A DNA stretch of 64,000 bases from Amoebophrya sp. A120 (Eukaryota > Protista > Dinoflagellata). This document shows positions 12,272 to 25,355 of the stretch, piece after piece. Numbering within the stretch: the stretch's first letter is position 1; each line of letters starts with the position of its first letter. The notes beneath the pieces are model-generated. The model did not search any database, was not told where the DNA came from, and saw only the letters and a list, made by a program, of their open reading frames with translations. The stretch covers positions 3,157,144 through 3,221,143 of the forward strand of contig CAJINV010000012.1 of assembly GCA_905178155.1 (NCBI GenBank). Direction: 5' to 3'. Made by a program: the position numbers and the translations under genes.

Positions 12272-14223
12272 GTATTTGTTTTTTGTTGTTCCACGCATCA
12301 TGTTGACCAACAGTGGCGCCTAAAGATGTTGGGATTTGCTCACTTCATGTAAAAACATCCATTACAACTTACAGAAGCGCAACGACCAACGGAAAAAAAA
12401 TTCATCAGTTTCAAAATCAAACTTTTTCAGGCGACAACCGATAAAAATGCGGGCGAGAATCGTCGTGGCAGAGCAAGACTGCTTCCCCACTGCAGCAGGG
12501 CCGTGTCTGAGAGAAATTGTAGCATCCGTAATTTCGTGGAAGGGCATAAGGCAGGATCAATTTTGGGCTCCCAGCTTTTCATTGGCGATTCTCCTCTACA
12601 CTTCTTTTCCACTACTTGGAAATAGTTGTCCCACCATCAGCACGGCCGACCGGCTCATGGCAGAATGGAAGTGCTGCTTCCGCTGCGGGAGTGCTAACAG
12701 CAGCAACACCAGCGACAGATCACTACAACTACTTTGGAGGACAACAGGAGGACATGCCTTTTTGTACTCTGATGATGTACAGCATTCAATAAGAGTATGA
12801 AGAGATGAAAGTCCATATTGTGTTGTCCTTGTCTCACCATGCGAGGACCAGAAACCTGATGTCTAGGTGTTAATCTTCTTCCCTTTCTTGTTGAAAAGAT
12901 GATTCATAGTGGCGAAGTAAAGCGGCCAAGAAGTAGTTTTTTGCTGGTGAAGGGAAGGAATTTTTTTTCGACTCATTCGCCTTTGGTAGTGGAACTCGAC
13001 GAGTACAAGAAATGGATGTGTAATTGTTTTGTTCCAACGGTGGATTTTCACTGTTCATCGGTTGAAGATGTCCACCAATATGTGTCGTGCATCAAGTCAG
13101 TGACCCGGCAGGCAAAGATCACTCTCGTCCCCGAAGCTCCTGCGGCATGAAAGAACAGACGAAAATCGGTCAAGTTCTTGAGGATCAAAATTGAAGATCG
13201 AAAAAAAAGATTGCGTTCAACTAGAACAGAAACTGGACAAAACTTGTTGTACCGCCGCACCGTCTGAGTACGATCAGACCAACTCTCGGTAGAAATCCGA
13301 TCCAACGTTGTACAGACTTGACACAGACAGCATTTTGATCAAGCTGAATCCCGAATAAGTACTTCTTGGGACCAAGTCGGTGTGGGTAAGTGTGGCTCCT
13401 ACATGCTACAGTACGCGAATAAAGAGTACAAGAATAAGGAACTGCACTTCACGACGAAAAATGGATGCTTATCACGATCATGATGAGAGCGCGCGAGGCG
13501 ATGCTTTAACGTGGGGACGAGATTTTATTTTTAATTTTTCAAAGTAAGTAACTGCTCGTGCCTTCGTTTTCGGTTTTAAACATGTTCTCGCTCGTATAAG
13601 AATGACAATGAAAAAACATTTTCGCTGACAGCAGGCCCCATCTGATTATCCTAGTTATTTGCTCACCTCACAATAATCAAGGCCTTTTTTTGAGCTGCTA
13701 ACCAGCAATATCTTGTTGTCCCTATTGAAAGCAGCATCTACAGACACTGAAGACTAAAAGTAAATTTGTTTTTTGCCAAAAGGAAAAACAAGCTCGTGAA
13801 AATCATTTTTTTGTACAATTAACTTCTGAAGCCGATCCGGCAAGGCTAAATCTTCTGTACCAGCAGAATTCCAATTAGTCACGCCAATTCTACTTGTTGA
13901 GTCCTCCCCTTCCCCAGTTGTAGGAGCATATAAAGTAATTTGAGAAGTAGAGCACAACAACTATCGATCACACTGCCCTCCATTGGTATTTTATTATAGC
14001 CAAGATTCGTGACTACAAGTACAAGAAAATTATTCAAGTTGTTCGCAACAATAAAAAAAAGCTCCATCGTCCTATTAATTTTTCGTAAATCCTGGTGAAG
14101 ATGCAGGTCGTTTCGTTTGTAGAGGCAGTGGCACTGCTACTCTCTCTACGAACTGCAACTTTTTGGCTATGGATTTCCATGCCCGCCACTGGTGTTGCGG
14201 TGGTGTCGATGCGTGCTCCTGCC

Positions 14224-17200
14224 ATGTCGGCACGAAATTTGCAGGAGTGCTTCGACTTTAGGACGGACGTTAAGTATTTTTGCCATGAAAAGGACAATAT
14301 GGATGCCGTTCTGGTCGAGTACGTGGAAACCAAGACGACTGCGGGGGCTCTGGTGTACAAGCGCGAGGAATGGGTGGAGAAACATACATCCAAAGATGGG
14401 ATTACCCGCGATCGCATCAAGACGATTGGGAAGATTGGGAAACTCTTGGAGGCCCTCGAGGCTGACGCGACGCAGCGACTTGAGGATTACAGCGCGGCTT
14501 TTCGACAGCACGGCACAGCTGCGGACCCAAGGCTTTGGGCGGAAGCCAAGGAACCCGTCCGCAGGCTGCAGGTTTGTCGGGACTGTTTGAACGCTCGGTC
14601 GAAGCTGGTGGCGCGGAAGGATTGCAAGGCAGTGCTCGATGTGGCCTTTCCGATGAGTGTGGGGGAAAAGAAGAGGCACGATATCGGTGACGCTCGGTTA
14701 TTGGAGATGAGAGACATTATTGCCCCCGCGTTACAAGAGTTCGAAACCGCAAAGGCCGGGTTCCGGAGTCAAACGAAAGGAGCTGCTGTGGCGCCACCAG
14801 AAGTTTTGGAGAAGTACAGGCACCTTTATTTTGATTCTCCGGGCGGCCGTGGTAGTGAGTCGGATTCAGACACTGAGCGGGAACGGCAGGAGGCGGAAAA
14901 TAAGCTGCGCGAGTTCCGGCAGAGTGAGCGGAAGAAATTCCTAGAGGACCAGCGGCTCGCGGAAACGGAACGCAAGCGGACGGAGGCCGCGTGCCGAAAG
15001 CAGGAGGAAGAAGAAGCGCTGCGCACCGCTTTCAAAGAAGCCGGAGGGGCAGGACAACTACGCGCCCCGACGGCAGACGAGAAGTCCTGGACGACCTTGG
15101 TGGATACCCGAGGAGGTTCTGCACTGCCAAACGAGGTCCTGCAGCGAAAGGACTCACCCTTGACAGACGACGAAAGAAAGGAACTGCAAGTGGCCAACCG
15201 CCTCCCCATATCAAAGTGAAAAATTCCCCCTCGTCCCCGTATCAAAGCGGAAATTTGTGATGCTGATTTATTGTGGCCACACATCACCTTTGTTTTAGCT
15301 TTGCTGCTTTTGCAAAGAAGCTAGCTACCGGGCATTGCTTGGGGCCTGATCTTTCCTATTCGACTTTCACATCACCCAGAGGCGGCGGGTTTTGTGTCTG
15401 GTCTGTCGGGCGGTTGAGGATGCTTCCCAGCGCTTAGGGGAATATCTTCTGAACACTACGCGTGAGGGTAGTAGCGAGTAGTGGACCCCAATTGGACTTC
15501 CCTTCACTGCTAAAACGGGTGGTGTTGCGTCGTCCGAGATGCCCGGCTCTCAATGCAATCCGGTGCAGACAGTTTACCTCTAGGAAAATCAAGCAGCTCG
15601 AGAACAGTTTCTGGCTCGCCTTGGTAGCTACTACAGTACCGAAGAAGCTTGCGCCATATTGTTTTTTTGCCTATACATAGGGTAATATTAGCAGGAGCCT
15701 TTGGCGCATTCTACAGCCAGCCTGTCACGCGCTTTCGACTACTGCAAATAACCGGTTTGCCATGCCTAACTGCTAGCCTTCTGCATTATACCCGAACAGG
15801 CTATAGAGGATACCGCCAAGCTGCACTTTGTGCAAGACAAGTCTGGTTTGTGGCCACAAATCAGCATAATTACTTCATATTGTGGGGAGAAGGGATTTTT
15901 CCTCACAATACCCCAGCGTGTTTTCGCCGTCCAGGAAGGACCGGGAGGCCGAGAACCAACGTCATGGCCGTGGATACTGGGCCTTTTTCCGGGATGCGTG
16001 GCTTTCTGCCGAACTAGAAGAAATTGAGGACGATGACTATGACCTGCTCAGCTGTTACAATCTCAAACTTTTATTTTCCAATGGAAGTAGCTGAGCTCTG
16101 TCTTGCAGAAAGGGCATCAGAGAGAAACAGGCAGGGCCTTGTTGCACTTATTTTCGCAATACAAATTGAGCCGAATTCTGAGTGCAATTTGGAGAAGCTC
16201 CGGAATTTGTCATGCGTAATAAGTATTAATTCCTCTAAGCTGCAGACGAGTAGGCCGAATGTTGCACTTTTATTTTCACGACAAAATCCGGGTTCCATTG
16301 TAACGTTCGACATTGCAGCATCACCTGGGCAGGTTATACCGCAGGAACACGCAAGATTTCACATGGGCAGGCGGTTGCCGACTATATCGTGAAAACAAAC
16401 GGTGCTTTCGCCTACACGCTTACACGGCTGGAAAGGCACAAGGCAGAGCTTCAAGAGCTGGAGCAAGAGTATGAGACGTTCTCTGGGGCCAGGCTGGAGA
16501 GGAACAGACCTCGGGATAAGGAGTTATCGAGGAACTGGAATTATGTGAGAGACCGAATGAGGACATGGGTTTTCCAGGCGGCGAGATATCGAAGTGAATA
16601 AAAGCACCCTGCCCCCAGACAGCGCTCTCGACGTTTTTTGTAGTATTGTTAGGCACCAAAATACAAGATACCTATGCGAGTGCGACGCCTCGCGTTTCAG
16701 ACAGAAGACAGTCGCATTCTGGTGCAGCTGTAACGTAGCTGCAGTTCTTAGAGAGAGATGTGGCTCTTGCGTTATTTCCCCTGCGGAACAGGAACACAGA
16801 TCGAGATCCGGGCTACTGTATTGTGGCGCTAAAAATTCTGATTGATGCGTGCGTTCAAGGGGGATGAGGAAGAGTAAGTGCCTCTATTCAGACAGAATTC
16901 ATCGCACGATGTAAGCGCTTCCCCATCTTTGCGGAACACTAGGGGTCGTGCTTTTATTCATCTTGATAAGGGAACCATTAATGATATCCTGAGAAATAAA
17001 CACCTCGACCTCCCCACTACTCCAGAGTTGTCATGCAGATTTGCAATTACAGGAGCAATTGTGACGATGCGCATCGCCATGAGAGGAATTTTCACTCGCG
17101 TGGTGGCATTTTGAGTGTTGTAGACAGGACATGGATATTAAGGAGATGGCTTCGTGATGCGGCTGTCCCTGCTACCCTGCACTACAATACAGAGAAAATG

Positions 17201-18638
17201 AAAACAAGCTTGTTGTCATGCGCGACACTCAAAATTTGTGGATTCGTGTTGCAGAGTTGGTTCCCAACTTGACCATGGGGCGGGGAAGATGTTTTTGCGC
17301 AGGATAAATGAATGTGACGTACCGTTTGCAGATGCGCGGAAAACGTATCCACTTTGGCGGACCATCGTCGAAACGTTACTACTATTCTCTGCAAATATAA
17401 TGTCAAAGTCTTCTGGAGGAATGCAAGGCCAAGGTCTGTCATGCAGGTTTCGCATCACCCACGCGACGCCTCGAACTCGAAGGTTTGGAACGCTAGCATC
17501 AGCTGAAGTTTTGAGAAGGCTCTTCGATGCCTACTCTACTAGAAATGTTGTCTTCGGGTTGTAACCAAATAAAGTGGGTCCACCTTTTAATGTTGCTGGT
17601 CATGCAATACAGATTATGGGTTGAGGGGTCGTAAAAGAGGTCATGCAATACAGATTTTTGGGTCGAGCTCGAGCAGACCTGTCATGTTCCGACTCGTCTT
17701 CCAGACATCCAGGGATGATTTTTGCACTGAATAGCTACCACATACGACGACAGACCGCGTGGCCGCTATCACCCGAGCCTGGAAAGCGGTGGGGCCGGTG
17801 AGCGCCGCCGCGTCGCCGTCGCCGCGTACAACTACCGGGGTGCGGAGGTCGCGGTCCGCACGGAGCACGCCCCGCCGCGGAAATCGGTCGCCGCCGCGTA
17901 GTTCGGGGCCGCGGAGGTCTATCGAAAGGAAAAATCCCCCCTCCCCATATCAAAATGGAAGTCTGTGATGCGGGATTTGTGTACACAAATCCTTTTGTCA
18001 TGGTAGAAAAGGAAAGATGCGAACTCGGACTGTAGTGCTGGCTGGCGTGGGAAAGCCTTGTATAATCTTCAGCATGACAGGAGACAGCTGATATTGGGAA
18101 ACAGCATGACGAATTGCCTGCAAACGAGGCCACAGCTGCGTCTCTTGGGCTTCTAGCAATACATGTCGACTTGTGTTGTACTCAAATACACCATCACAAG
18201 TTTCGTTTGCGATAGGGGGAGTGGGGATTTTTCCTCTTGATAAGGTCGCAGTCCGTGCACAGCACGCGGGAGGGAGCTGACATGAGCGGCGCAGATTTGC
18301 GGTTGGAGTTGGCATCTGCATTGACAGCGGGCGACGAAGCAGGCCCGGTGAACGAGGAAGCTGGGCGGGCCACGAATATTGTTCCAGTGCCGAGGTGGTG
18401 GGCTAAGCTTTTCGTTTGGATAAATACGAGCAAGGGGTGCGTGGCGACGAAGAGAAAATTTACGGACGACGACGCGCCGATTATTTTTTCCGAGGCTGCC
18501 ACATGTCTCGAGAAGCAGTACGCGGGTCTTGTTGAGAAAATGGGTGAGGTGTTACTGTTAGTTGAAAAGCTAAGGAAAGAAATATTGGGATTCACTAAGG
18601 TGAATGATTTATTTGACATCAAGAAAACAAAAAAGTAA
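14224..18638 (+). CDS. Hypothetical protein with charged coiled-coil segment; 5 TIR elements plus one unexplained intron (about 16053-16304); start codon uncertain
   Basis: Long first exon (ORF 14095-15219); frame continues after each excision to ...DLFDIKKTKK* at 18638. Confidence 0.65.
15209..15910. mobile_element. Introner-like element family B with about 390 bp of extra internal sequence
   Basis: TIRs; DR CCCCA; twice the usual family length. Confidence 0.85.
16587..16968. mobile_element. Introner-like element, singleton family
   Basis: TIR core TGAATAAAAGCAC / GTGCTTTTATTCA; DR decayed CGAGA/AGGGA. Confidence 0.75.
16985..17306. mobile_element. Introner-like element family C
   Basis: TIRs; DR AATGA. 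Confidence 0.85.
17383..17733. mobile_element. Introner-like element family A, degenerate
   Basis: Decayed TIRs; DR ACTAC/GCTAC. Confidence 0.72.
17920..18242. mobile_element. Introner-like element family B, reverse orientation relative to 344-659
   Basis: TIRs; DR AGGTC. Confidence 0.9.
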
Positions 18639-20176
18639 GAAGGCCACCTGCCGCCGCGCTAGGTTACCAAAAAATTCCGTAGATGTAGTCCCATAGCGCC
18701 CACGTCGTTTCGCTTAGTTCTAGTACATACCCATAACATCGACGTCATTGCACTTGGTTCTAGCACTAGCGCATTATGTTTTCTCTTATGCTATTCCGCT
18801 TTCAGTTTTTCGATTCTACTGACGCATCACCAGAAGTGCGTTGGTGCCAATCGCTTTACCACATGTGCCATCAGAAGTGCACCGAATCGCGAGGGTCACG
18901 CATAACATAAGTCATTTAGTTTTTAGGCCTAAGCGCCGCCGGGGCGTCCAGCCCGTAGCTCTCCGATGTCATGAAAACGGACAAGAAATAGAGCTACAGG
19001 ATGAAAAAAAAACTCGTAGCAGCACGCCAAAGAAAAAGAAAAAACATGCCGACCACTACTTTTGCAAACAGAAAAAAGTGGACGGCGAAACTAACAACAC
19101 ACAACGCATCTGAGGCTATGACTTGGGTGCAGTTTTTTGTACTCCAGAAAAGTGTACTACAATTTTTTTTCCCCTAGTATCCTCCAGTTGGATGCCGATA
19201 TTCATGGCGTGGGACCGCACACTATGCAAGAGACATCAGTTTTTTACAAACGTTCCAGCAGACACAGCGTATGCAGCACTACCCTGGCCTGATATGCGTG
19301 AATTTTTCGACCTGCTGAAGAGACACGAACAACATCCCAAGACCACATACGATAGTGTCTGCGGGAAGAATCTAGAACAGCACAGATCGAAGACGACGAA
19401 CCTCCCCTAGTAGTCGCAGTCCCCTTTCCCCCTTTGCTAGGCTGGTGATCATGATCTTCACGCTAAACAAAGGTCATCTTTAGCGTCATCTTCTTGTGAG
19501 CAGTGATTTCCCATAGTACAACAACACAGCAAGAAGAGAGGACAAAAAGAAAAACGGCACGGATAATTAAAGACTGGAGCTTGTGTGAGCTTGTTTTTAA
19601 GTAGCAAGTACAGCCACTTAATACATGTTGCAGTCGAAAAAGTTGTCAGCCGATTCGGCAACTCACTTGAGACCGTGATTTACTTTCATCCGCTGACGAC
19701 GACGTCGAGTTTGGGAGGGCTTGGCTTCACCCCGTGTTCTAATCTAGCCGTCGTGCGCCAGCTGTAGGGAGTCCGAGCAGCTGTTGAGAGGGGTGCGTGA
19801 AAGAGCGAATATCTTTGACAGGGGGCGGAAACGTAAGCGATATTTTCGACGAGATAGTAAGCTTCCTGTGACCACTTCTTCTAGAGTGATATCTCAAATA
19901 GAGTAAGTAGCATTCCTTTTTCGTGGACATGCTCCTCCTGTCGAGTGTCGGAGTTAGATATAGAAATTTGAAGTAAAATAAAGTTTTTGAAACAATACAA
20001 GCACCGACCACACAACATCAGCAGGAGCGGCAACCCACACCAATACTGCTTTCTTGTTGCCGTCGTCTATTAAGAGCGCGATTTTAGTTGTGATTGTGCA
20101 GCACATGAAGACAGAGAAGAAAAAAACCGGGCATTTCATCATTTCCTTTACGAGAAATACAAAGGAGTAGCAAACA

Positions 20177-23100
20177 ATGAGGCTTTATCTTCCTCCACCT
20201 CGTCGCACCACTTTGGCCGCGGCTACAGCTCCTCCTGGTCGCTCATTCTTTATCAATCTACTCCCAGTTATCCTGCAAAAGATGATCCTCCTTTGCGAGA
20301 TTCTGGTCTTATCTTCACACTGCGGATTTTTTTCTCATCTCCGTTCTTGTAGTGCCACTGCCAGCACGACCGCCGCTTCGGGGAAGCAAGAGCGTGCCCG
20401 CCCCAACTACTACGACCCGGAGGAGGAGGTTTTCAGTGTGGCCAGGCACCAAGAAGTAGGTGAGCTGCTGCAGAGGTCGCACGACTACCATCCTCTTGAA
20501 GACAGAAGGCATGCAGGTGAAAGAACTGCAACTGCAAGGCCAACAGGCTCTGCCTCTGGTCCACCAAGAACCCTGTTTGCCTCCTTGCTGCAGGAAGAAC
20601 AGAGGCAGCTGCAGAGGCGTAGGGAGGCGCAAACGCAACGGCTCGCCGCCGATGCGTCGAGCCTGCTCACTGCGCATCGTTTCATGTACGCGCCGAGCTC
20701 CCCACTGTGGACCTCGGTATCCAAGGCAAATATGTTGTCTGGGTCCGGAAATAAATCGCTAGGTGTGCTACTGTCATGCAGGTTTTCCATGACCACCCGC
20801 GAGGTCTGGCATGTACGGCTTAGCATGGCAACAAAATTTTTTTGGTAAAATCGCGCAACAATTTCAAATTTTTTCTTTTTCACGATCCAAATTTAGCATC
20901 ACAAGTCACACGATTCTTGCACACGACGACCCACGAGACATGTTTGGAATGCATATTCGATCGACCGAGATAAGTGGTTTCCCCCTGACGCCTGCCCGGT
21001 TTTTTTCACTGATAATTTCGCCACGCACTTCTGCGAGGAACACAAGTGCGAGCTTCCCTGCTTTTACGATATCAAATGTAAAAATGTCTGGGTCTGGAAG
21101 AGTCATGCTGTTTTTGCATCACACAGAAGGTCTGGCATGGAAGCTCTAGCATCACAGGTTTCGAGAAGCTTCCGCAATGCCGAATCCGCATGACAGGTCC
21201 CCTATTCTGCTGACAGAAAGTGGGGAGCTTTTGCTACGTATGCACGAGAGACTTTTCTGCGTTCTGAAATACGCATTACAAGTTGCATTCTTCCAGACCC
21301 AGACATTTTTGCATTTGATATACGACACGGAAGCGCAATCCTGTATCCTGAGCAAGAACGCCCCCACTCCAGAGTTGTCATGCAGATTTGCATGGACAGG
21401 AAGTAGACTTGGTGTATTAATACGCATCCCCATGAGCAGAGGAACCTCCAGTCGTGTTTTGGAATTTGTAATGGTGCGAACAGGATGAGCAGACGCCTTT
21501 GTGATCCACGGCTGTACTTGCAAAACTGAACTACAAGAATACAGAGAAGAACTTGCCATGCGTGACTCGCAAAACTTCTGGATTTGTGTTGCCAGATCCT
21601 CATCTGGGTCGCTGGGAACGTTTTTACGCAGGATGCCCTGCACTCCGGAAGAGGTTTGTAAGAACGTCGGCGGAGGTCGAGGAAGTGGAGGTACTAGTGC
21701 TAGTATCCTGTGCAAAAGTATCTGATACTCGTATTGCAATCATGCATTTTACAAATCTCTTTCTTAACGTAAATCAGCATGACAAATTTCATTCCTCATG
21801 CTGAGGAAATTTGTAATGCGTTGATGCGAGTACGATACGGATACTTTTGCACAGGATAGCTAGCAGCAGTAAGAACCAGTGCCAGCGAAAGCCCTGCGCC
21901 CAGATCAGTTTCCCGAGTTCGGCCGAGAATGACGAAGAGCTGCTGAGAAGGTACCGCATTTGCATCAACGCGGGCGGTATCAACTGTAAAAGTGTCTGGG
22001 TCTGGAAGAATGCATGTTTGTCATGCTTGTCTGGCATAACTCTGAAATCTGTCATGCACGTTACCCAAGAGCTCTATTTTTCTGTGATGCAGAAACGCAG
22101 TTTATCATGCAGAATAGGCAACGCCTAGAAGCTCAGAAACTTGTCATGCTGAGCCAGCATTTGTGGCCTCATCATGAGACGCCACCCAGCATGACAAGTT
22201 TCCAGACCCAGACACTTTTACATTTGATAGGCGGAGGAGGTGGCAGTGCGGGTATGATTAACAACCCGGTGTCCACCGCCGTGGCGTGCCAGTACGATGT
22301 GAAGGGGAACATGTGTGTGATCACGTCTAACAGCTTCGGCTCTTTTTTCAATAAAAAGAAGAAAGCGACCACCTCTGCGTCGTCTTTTGTCTCGGTTGGT
22401 ACAACCACCACAAAGAGGACCTCCAAAACGAAAATAACACAACGACGAACCAAACGCCAGAAGATAAGAACTAGTACGAGGCAACTGTTGTGGAAAACGA
22501 AATCGGCTGGTGGTGCAACGACCACTTCTAACGTGAAACAGGCAGCAGAGGAAGATATTCAACTCGCCGAATCGGACCTGGATTCCATGGACCTCTCCGC
22601 CTTAAAGTCTACCGGGGTGAAAGCATTCAAGCCCTTCAGCGAATCGACGTTGAATATGCAACGTGCAAGAAAAGTAGTAGCGTGCTCGTACGAGGTCTAG
22701 GAATAGCAATAGGATTGATTTTCTGCGATGGTGCGTGACGTGCTGACTCGATGTTTTGCTGTCCCTGTGCCTGATTCTGCATGAAATATGAAAATGATTT
22801 ATTCACTTTCAATGATTCTGAATGTGAATGAAATATGTAAAAATTTGTGATCGATTTCGATCGACTACGACTATCCTGAGGCGATCTTCTACTAGTGCGA
22901 AGATCTTCTACTCCTTTTCGCCTGTCGATACTGCATATCGAATGCAAAAATGTCTGGGTCTGGGACGAGGATGCGAACTTGTGATGCATACTTAGATCAC
23001 ACAAAAATCTGTGATGTTTAGACAGCAAGAGGACCTCTCTTTCCTCTCGCCAAAAGAAGGCGTTTGTCATGCGGATTAGGCATTGGGAAACTCCGTCTCC

Positions 23101-24102
23101 AAACCTGTGATGCTAGGCCTTGCATGGCGCACCTTCTGTGAACAAAAGCAGACGCAGCATCACAAACCTCAGCAATGTTCCAGACCCAGACATATTTGCA
23201 TTTGATACTGCACATGAAGCAACAGTTGCTGGACGAAGTGCACAAGACCACGCAAGCTCACGACGCCGCGCAAAAAGCGTTCGCCGAGGCGGAAAAGGTC
23301 TTTTTTTCCACGACCTGGAAATTGAAGTCCTTGTTTCGTTCCTCCGCGGAAAAACTCGCGATGCTGAAGCAGCAGTTCCCGAGCCTGCACCGTGGGGTTT
23401 GGGCCTTTTTGGCGGAGCAGAAGGGATATGAATTGCAAATGTGTCTGGGTCTGGAACCTTGTAATGCTAAAAGTGACTGATAGACGCACTGCAAATAAAC
23501 GCAGCTATGCATGACAAATTTTTTGGCTGCCATGTGTTACGTATTCCGCATGGCAAACTGCGTTTTTGTATGACAGGTAAGAGGGCCTCGCTTCCGTGCC
23601 TATGCAACACAGATTCATCTCGAGTCATGCCAGACAAGCATGACAAACTAGCAGTCTTCCGGACCCAGACATATTTGCAGTTGATAAGGGACTCACGGCA
23701 GACGAAATGTTCGCGGAGAACATTGCAAAAACCTTTCACCTATCCAGTGCAAAAATGTCTACTGGGTATGAAGAGTGTAACTTGTCATGCTACATCTGGA
23801 TCGTGGAAAAATTTGTGTTGCATGATTACCAAGAGATGAGGTCTACTTTTGAACAAGTTTAGAGGCAGTTTCTCATGCAGGAAAGGCGTGATAGAAATCT
23901 CACAGAACCTGTCATGCTAGGCCGTGCATGCCAGATCGCGTGGGTCATGGAAAACCTGCATGACAAACCTACTTAGCTTTCTTCCAGGCCCAGACACTTT
24001 TGCATTTGATATCACTCGACTGGATGGGCGATGGAAGACTTGAAATTAGCCTATGACAAACCGGAGGTGGAGGAGAAAAAAGGTAAACAGGAGGAGAAAT
24101 AA
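20177..24102 (+). CDS. Hypothetical protein with Cys-rich middle and hydrophobic N-terminal segment; 8 TIR elements and a probable GT-AG intron near 22700-22890
   Basis: WTS|IDRDKWFPPDACPVFFTDNFATHFCEEHKCELPCFY|DTEAQSC|TPEEVCKN...LHMKQQLLDEVHK...EEKKGKQEEK* (TAA 24100-24102). Confidence 0.65.
20718..20955. mobile_element. Introner-like element family A, degenerate
   Basis: Decayed TIRs; DR CTCGG/TTCGA. Confidence 0.72.
21070..21320. mobile_element. Introner-like element family A
   Basis: TIRs; DR TACGA. Confidence 0.9.
21344..21635. mobile_element. Introner-like element family C, ATG right end
   Basis: TIRs; DR TCCTG/CCCTG. Confidence 0.85.
21704..21858. mobile_element. Introner-like element family E
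   Basis: TIR TATCCTGTGCAAAAGTATC; DR GCTAG. Confidence 0.9.
21978..22229. mobile_element. Introner-like element family A
   Basis: TIRs; DR GGCGG. Confidence 0.9.
22936..23207. mobile_element. Introner-like element family A
   Basis: TIRs; DR CTGCA. Confidence 0.9.
23427..23686. mobile_element. Introner-like element family A
   Basis: TIRs; DR AGGGA. Confidence 0.9.
23741..24011. mobile_element. Introner-like element family A
   Basis: TIRs; DR TCACC/TCACT. Confidence 0.88.
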
Positions 24103-24351
24103 GCCGGGGCTGGTGGTAAATAGAGACAAAGAACTGTCGGAGAAAGGGTAGAAAAAGGGGGAATGGAACTAAGTAGAAATGATCTTCTGTTTGAGCAAGT
24201 TTCTTCTGATCTCTAGTTTCAGAGGTTAGTAGGGTACTATCAATGATGAAAGTTTTGACTATAAAATTAAAAATCTCTCGTCCTGGAAGTGGACGGGATA
24301 CTTCCTAGAACTCGTTTCTTGTTGCTGGTTTCGTTGTACTTACTACATGTG

Positions 24352-24935
24352 TTAAACCGGGTAATCCAGGAGGGCCGGACAGAGCAGAGTCTTTGTTCGC
24401 GGCACATCCGCTTTCCGGTCGGCCCCTGGTGACGACCGAGATTTATGAGCTTTGTTCTCCTGTACTACCTGTTCGCTGGCAAAACAGCACCTGTGATGTG
24501 TGTCGTGTCGCAACACAAGTTGTATGCACCCTGAAGAATTGGTGTTTATTCGATAAAGATCTTTGGCCTCGTAGTTCCGGGAGAGAAGATTGATCCCCGC
24601 CTGTTGAAACTTCTGCAACGAGATCCGTTTTATCAAATGCAAAAATGTCTGGGTCTGGAAGGATCCGAACTCGTCTTGCAGATTTTACATGGCCCGTGAC
24701 GTCTGTGATGTATTCCCTGGCAGCACAGATTTCCCGAGTGCTGCTCGATGCCTATTTCGCATGACAAATGGCATTCCCGCGTAGCAGAAACTGGACTCCT
24801 CTTGCTTGTCATGCAATACAGATTTTTCTAGAGTCCAATGTTAGCATCACAAGTTCCAACTTTCCAGACCCAGACATTTTTACATTTGATAAGTTTCCTA
24901 CGAAGTTCTTCTTGCGCCTTCGCTAAATGAACGGT
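24352..24935 (-). CDS. Possible minus-strand gene fragment interrupted by element 24631-24891
   Basis: Excision joins HLAKAQEELRRK|RISLQKFQQAGINLLSRNYEAKDLYRIN; GT..CAG intron-like stretch follows; no start found. Confidence 0.35.
24631..24891. mobile_element. Introner-like element family A
   Basis: TIRs; DR CGTTT/AGTTT. Confidence 0.88.
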
Positions 24936-25355
24936 TCAAATCAAGGTATAGGAGGTTTGTGCGCTGCATACAGGAGATCTTCTGGCAGCTGCAAGTAAGT
25001 GGCAGAGATCAGCAACGACCTATTGAATTTTGGCAAGAATTTGAAATTGAGAAGGTGGATCATAGGCTCCTGGCAAGGGCGACATCACATCAAGCTAGCG
25101 TTGTATGCACCACAGGCAGGGATAGGGAAGACGAAGAGAACGGAGAATAACACATACACCATCCAGCCAAGGATGAAATACTATCTTAGTTGTAGACGCC
25201 ACTCAGATTAAGGAAAAACTATCAGCTGACATAATTTTTGTGTTGGTATAATTTCTAAAGCAGGAGGACAATACATCCGATGTCAGAGATCTACTCCCGC
25301 CACAATCGTTCGTACCCTCCAAAAAAAGTCTGAACCATTCCGGAAAAAAATAAAA

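Noticed and set aside
12300-13500. Coding-looking fragments between RBM42 and the next gene
   Set aside because: Stops in all frames and no consistent exon chain found by eye
14095-18638. Candidate transposase for the elements
   Set aside because: No DDE, HUH or tyrosine-recombinase motif recognised and the gene is not bounded by TIRs
19123-19410. 95-aa ORF that might be an exon of a small gene
   Set aside because: No start, partner exons or homology that I can support
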